From: Eledone cirrhosa
Lineage: Eukaryota
DNA length: 64,000 nucleotides
Direction: 5' to 3'
Assembly (NCBI GenBank): GCA_964016885.1
Contig: OZ024740.1
Coordinates: 438,526,001-438,590,000, forward strand
Of this stretch, positions 58,554 through 64,000 are shown one piece after another. Position 1 is the first letter of the stretch; every line of letters starts with the position of its first letter. Made by a program: the position numbers and the translations under genes. The notes beneath the pieces were generated by a model. The model was not told where the DNA came from. It saw only the letters and a program-made list of their open reading frames with translations, and did not search any database.

Positions 58554-59649
58554 TATATTTAGTTTGATTTATATTTATATGAGAACTAGCCGATAAATCT
58601 TTTGATTCCTAAATCTTTGATTCCCTCTTTTTACTCTTTTTATTGTTTATTTTATTTTATTTATTTTTATTTTTATTTTTATTTTTATTTTTTTATTTTT
58701 ATCTAAACATTCCTCATGAAAAATTAAGCTACCCTAAAAGCCGATGCTCCAAATTTTCTGAATTAACCTTACACTTGATAAACTTATATATTAAATATAG
58801 GAACATATGTAGACATTATTGGACATCATAATCTTTTTTTGCGATATTCCTTGCTAGATGTGATTTGATAGATAATTTTTGGCTTTGTCTTGTAGTGAAC
58901 TTGGCAATATATTGTCAATTAACCTTGAAGGGTTGTTCTTTGTGGTTTACTTTTATTTTTATTCTTTTAGTATTGTAGTATTCTATAATATTTTTATATT
59001 TTTATTTTTTAGTTTATTTTATTTTTATTTTTAATATTTTTATATGTAAGTTTATTTTTAATATTTTTATATGTAAAGTTTTAATACGTAATATTTTTAA
59101 TACGTAGTATTTTTAATACGTAGTATTTTTAATATGCAATATTTTTATTATGTAATATTCTTTCGTAATATTCTTTTTTAGTTTTCTATTCTATATTTTT
59201 ATATTTTTATATATTTTTACTTATTATCATTATTATTGTTATCTCTGCTTATAATATAATATATATTTTCGATTAGTATATTGAAATCTGCTCTCTATTT
59301 CTGCTTGATAGATAATCTTGTAGAGAATAATAATACGCTCAAATTTTTATACCACATTGAGAATGTTTTCCGGTAACTTTGAATTTGCGGAGTGAATCAG
59401 TTGGATTCACATAGACATATGAATTTTTTTAAAAAAACTAAACATAAGATAATGAATTTTCACGCATTGTGAATACTTGTTTCATTCAGGAATACTGATA
59501 TTTACAATATAGTGTAAGTTTTATAAATACTAATACATTAAAACATAGGGTTTTCTACGCCTCGAATATGTCTGGCTATTTTTAAATTTTTTCTCTCTCT
59601 ATATCTCTCTATATCTCTCTATATATCTCCCTTACATTAATACTTGAGC

Positions 59650-59688
<39 letters not shown>

Positions 59689-60070
59689 ATGCATCATTGA
59701 TACACTTACTCAAAATGACCTCCCACTACCTAATTTTTCTATATCTATATTTTTCTATATCTATATTTATATATGTATCTATCTCTATTTCCTCTCTCTC
59801 TCTATATATATATATATCTCTTTCGGTCTCTTTACATGAAGCTCTTCGCTTTATCTATTTTTCCATCTCTCTATTTTGTCCCATGCATTTCTTCTTTTTC
59901 TTCTTTTTCTTCCTTTTCTTCGTTTTGTCTTTCTTTCTTTCTTATTTCCCTCTTTTCTCTCTCTCTTTCTTTCTCTCTGTATTTTCACTGCTAGAGTGAA
60001 CCTCTTCAAATGAAGTTGATGTTTATTACGGTATGTCGAATATATTTATCTATAAAACTGTTTATATTGT

Positions 60071-60134
60071 ATTTTGTCTGATGAAGGCATAGCATATTGT
60101 TAATATGATATCCCCGAAATATATATAATGAAAT
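60071..60134 (+). ncRNA. Type I hammerhead in the PLE pseudo-LTR (mirror copy at 54792-54855, minus)
   Basis: ATTTTGT-CTGATGA-aGG...CCc-GAAA-T-ATAT-A-TA-ATGAAAT; AUA site. Confidence 0.75.
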
Positions 60135-60287
60135 AAATATGGTTTTATAAATATAGTTTTCCATTTATTTAATATTGTAAATATACTCCAAGTATTTGTC
60201 GAGTGCTTTTATATCAGTTATAAATATTTACTAGTTGTAACCCAACAATTTTAAATATAACTTTACATGTATATATATATATATATA

Positions 60288-60660
60288 TTTAATACATTAA
60301 CAGAGAAATCTTTAAGCAATACTCCGACAGGCTTCCGTCTCCCTCAACAAACATTAGGTTATACCTTAGTATAATCCCAATTATACGTTTGGGGTGCTAA
60401 CTATACGTATTTTGCGGATAGCCAGTTGTATTATTTTATATGAGACATAATTAAAATACATCTCTCTTTCCAAACGATCGTTTCATTATAAGTTTTCTAC
60501 AAATTGGGAAAATAATGTCCAGGTTATGTAGAAGCCTACACATAATCCGTAGGAATATATGTAGTTGGGCACTAATAAATCATCAGTGGATGCCCGACAA
60601 ATATCGATATAAAAAAACCTTACTGATATTAATGTTCAGCGATGGTACCCCTCCGTGCTA
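60288..60660 (-). mobile_element. Family C copy (HHR at 60469-60590, GUU site)
   Basis: Reverse-complement homologue of 36590-36995. Confidence 0.75.
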
Positions 60661-60822
60661 GAATATATATATATTATAAAGTGAGGTTTTTTTTGTTTTT
60701 TTTTTACAAAATGAAAAATAACCGAGGTGTCCTACACGAGTGAAAGTATAAAGAAAAGAAGATGAAATCGAAAATGCAACTGGAATCTTATTTTTTAAAA
60801 AATGTATATATTTATTTGGTTC

Positions 60823-60858
60823 CTTTACCGGTTTCGCAGTTCTTCTGCTTTTCAAAAG
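60823..60858 (-). ncRNA. Family D hammerhead with U3:A8 core (element about 60750-60890)
   Basis: CTT-TTGAAAA-GCAG-aagaa-CTGC-GAAAC-CG-GTA-AAG; palindromic ACCGGT helix III. Confidence 0.75.
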
Positions 60859-61078
60859 TAGAGTTGAGATGGAGGGTCTGTGGTTTTTCTTACAGTTATC
60901 ACACATATATATATATATGAGATAACAAGTTATCGTTATAGGTAATCGAGTTAGAGGTTGTGAATACTCTGCGTCGTGGATAGTTTTAACGTACGGCTTT
61001 GTTTGACTCAACAAGACGTTTCCATAGTTATGCAGCGAGTTCGCGGGAATTCCTATGCATGTTATACTTGGAGTAATA

Positions 61079-62193
61079 ATAGGGAAAGAATGAAGAGGAG
61101 CATGGTTGGCTGTACAATAAGGGGCTTTATTTAAGGTATTAACAATTGTTTCATTGATCAGGTAAGTCTAGAGGCCGCTAATCGCTCGAAGTTGCGTCAC
61201 TAGATCTCCATTACATTATTTACCTCTGACCAAATATTCAGAATACGAATAATTCAAACATGGCAAGACATATATAGAGAAATAGCGTATAATCAAAACA
61301 GTAACATCAATAATAAAAAATATATATTGCTTATAATATATATATATTGCTTAACAGCAAAATCGAAAGATCAATTTAGCTACCACGTTCACAAAGTTCA
61401 AACCACCATGATTCGAGCCAGCAATCATAAAATTAGAACTGAACCACCTGGATTTTAACGTAGCAATACAAACCATCATACCGCTATTAGCTGTCAAACA
61501 GCCGACTGGTCACTAGATCATAAATCTCTTAACATCTATCTCTTTCACCCTCTCTCCCTGAAACCGCATCAACCCCATTAAGACAAGACAATCAGCTAAA
61601 CATTTACCACACACATTTGTCAAACCTCCCTTCACCATCCAGCCTTAGCCCTTGGGTCTCATACTAGTATCTCCCAATTAATCTCTAATTTATTGCTTTT
61701 TCTTTTATGGGTCACTACCTCAGACTCTCTACAAGTATCTATGTATGTTTCGAATATGACTTTTCATGTTAGCACTAAAGCCACCACAGAATCCTTACGC
61801 ACACTTACTCACCACCACCACTATCATATTCTGTACTTATATGCTCCCACTTATCCTTATTTCTTTATATTTTTAATATTTTTCCATTTTCTTACTTTTT
61901 ACTGTATTTTTCTTACTTTTTACATCTGTAACTTCTTTACCTATTTATCATATATTTTATTATTGATGTTGTTGTTTTGATTATATGGTATTTCTCTATA
62001 TATATCTTGCTATGTTTGAATTATTCGTATTCTGAATATTTGGTCAGAGGTAAATAATGTAGTGGAGATCGAGTGACGCAACTTCGAGCGATTAGCGGCC
62101 TCTAGACTCACCTGATCAATGAAACAATTGTTAATACCTTAAATAAAGCTCGCGTTGTACAGCGAACCACGTTACGCTTCATTCTTTCACTAT
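61079..62193 (+). mobile_element. Non-coding PLE-type element with about 245-bp inverted ends and an atypical HHR (62027-62137)
   Basis: 61079-61325 versus 61949-62193; GTATT-CTGAATA-tTTGGTCAG...CTGATCAAt-GAAAC-AATT-GTT-AATAC. Confidence 0.75.
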
Positions 62194-62216
62194 ATATATA
62201 TATATATATACATATA

Positions 62217-62276
<60 letters not shown>

Positions 62277-62321
62277 CATATACACATATATATATATAAA
62301 TACATATATATATATATACAC

Positions 62322-62352
<31 letters not shown>

Positions 62353-62443
62353 CACATATATTTATATGCATATATATATATAAATACACATATATATATG
62401 CATATATATATATATACATATATATATATACATATATATATAA

Positions 62444-62540
<97 letters not shown>

Positions 62541-62579
62541 CATATATACATATATATATATCTATACATATATATATAA

Positions 62580-62643
<64 letters not shown>

Positions 62644-62828
62644 CACTATCGGAGAAAGCTTTTAGCGATACTCCGACCAAATACCAACTCACTCAACAAA
62701 CATTAGGAAATAAGTGAGTATATTCCTAATTAAACGTTCGGGGTGCTAACTAATTGTATTGTGTGGAGAATTGGCTGTATTATTTCATGAGATATATCAA
62801 ATATATTTCTTCGCAGACGGACGTCTCG

Positions 62829-62985
<157 letters not shown>

Positions 62986-62990
62986 AATAC

Positions 62991-63065
<75 letters not shown>

Positions 63066-63408
63066 CATATACGTGTTTTGAAACGGGTCACTTTGTGGCT
63101 CAATGAAAATTTAATAAATGAAATAATCAGAGCTATATATCATAAAACATGTCTATAGAATCACAAGATAAAATATATACCATTTCCTCTCCCAATTAGC
63201 ACAATTAACTATATAAAAAATCGAATAGACCAGGCTATAAGAATGAGGCTGCTATGAAGGAATCTCCAACAAATAACCGAAACTAGCCCTTCGCGTCGAC
63301 CGCAACGGAATATTTATCGAATATTTCGACAGCGTAATCGCCCAGATACAGTCAATTAAACAGAATTAGGTGTAAAATAAACTAGGAGAAAATAGAATAC
63401 ATTTAAAT

Positions 63409-63495
63409 ACCTCTACCATGGTTTCGTCCGCATTTTGAGATTTCCAAAAATTATGTAATGATTATGTAACTCAAGCATTGGATTCATCAGGAGAT
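63409..63495 (-). ncRNA. Type I hammerhead with long helix II
   Basis: ATCTC-CTGATGA-aTCC...TTGAG...CTCAA...GGAc-GAAAC-CATG-GTA-GAGGT. Confidence 0.8.
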
Positions 63496-63637
63496 TTACT
63501 GTGATCTAGACACTAAATTTTCCAAAGTGATCGCGCCAAGAATTCATTCAAAATGGCTAAGAATCGTGACGTAGTAGCGGTCAGGTTGGAATGGGTGTGG
63601 TAGTTGCTTACGGCTAGTGGGTTTTGTATATATATAA

Positions 63638-63680
<43 letters not shown>

Positions 63681-63737
63681 CATATATATATAAATACATA
63701 TATATATATATAAATACATATATATATATATATATAA

Positions 63738-63878
<141 letters not shown>

Positions 63879-64000
63879 TGAATACATATATATATATATA
63901 TAGATAGATAGATATATAAAAACATATATATATATATAAATACATATTGACCTCACTGATTGACCTCGATATCACGTGATTGATTCTTTTGAATTTGCCA

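Larger units (their letters stand above)
54747..60265 (+). mobile_element. Penelope-like element (possibly Naiad-type) with 1.73-kb inverted pseudo-LTR
   Basis: 54747-56472 is a near-perfect reverse complement of 58454-60179; RT-endonuclease frame between them; (TA)n on both flanks. Confidence 0.95.

Overview
AT-rich, repeat-dominated animal genomic DNA with no confidently identifiable host gene. The SINE families and (TA)n load resemble Octopus as I recall them; this is an inference. Positions 1-17.1 kb are a 15-bp satellite with higher-order structure. Positions 17-34 kb hold a hAT MITE with an 8-bp TSD, SINEs, 42- and 36-bp minisatellites, a near full-length decayed Tx1/L1-type LINE and a 5'-truncated Dong/R4-type LINE, both bordered by (AAT)n. 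Positions 34-64 kb are a dense field of Penelope-like elements (PLEs) and non-coding derivatives, mostly next to (TA)n and mostly built as an inverted 3' copy followed by a truncated body. The main signal not visible in the ORF track is about 20 type I hammerhead ribozyme (HHR) motifs from roughly 10 families, folded by eye. They include a tandem 439-nt retrozyme-like unit, three families with the compensatory U3:A8 core, and several with 60-100-nt helix II domains. Most ORF-track entries are repeat artefacts. Boundaries of decayed elements are approximate.
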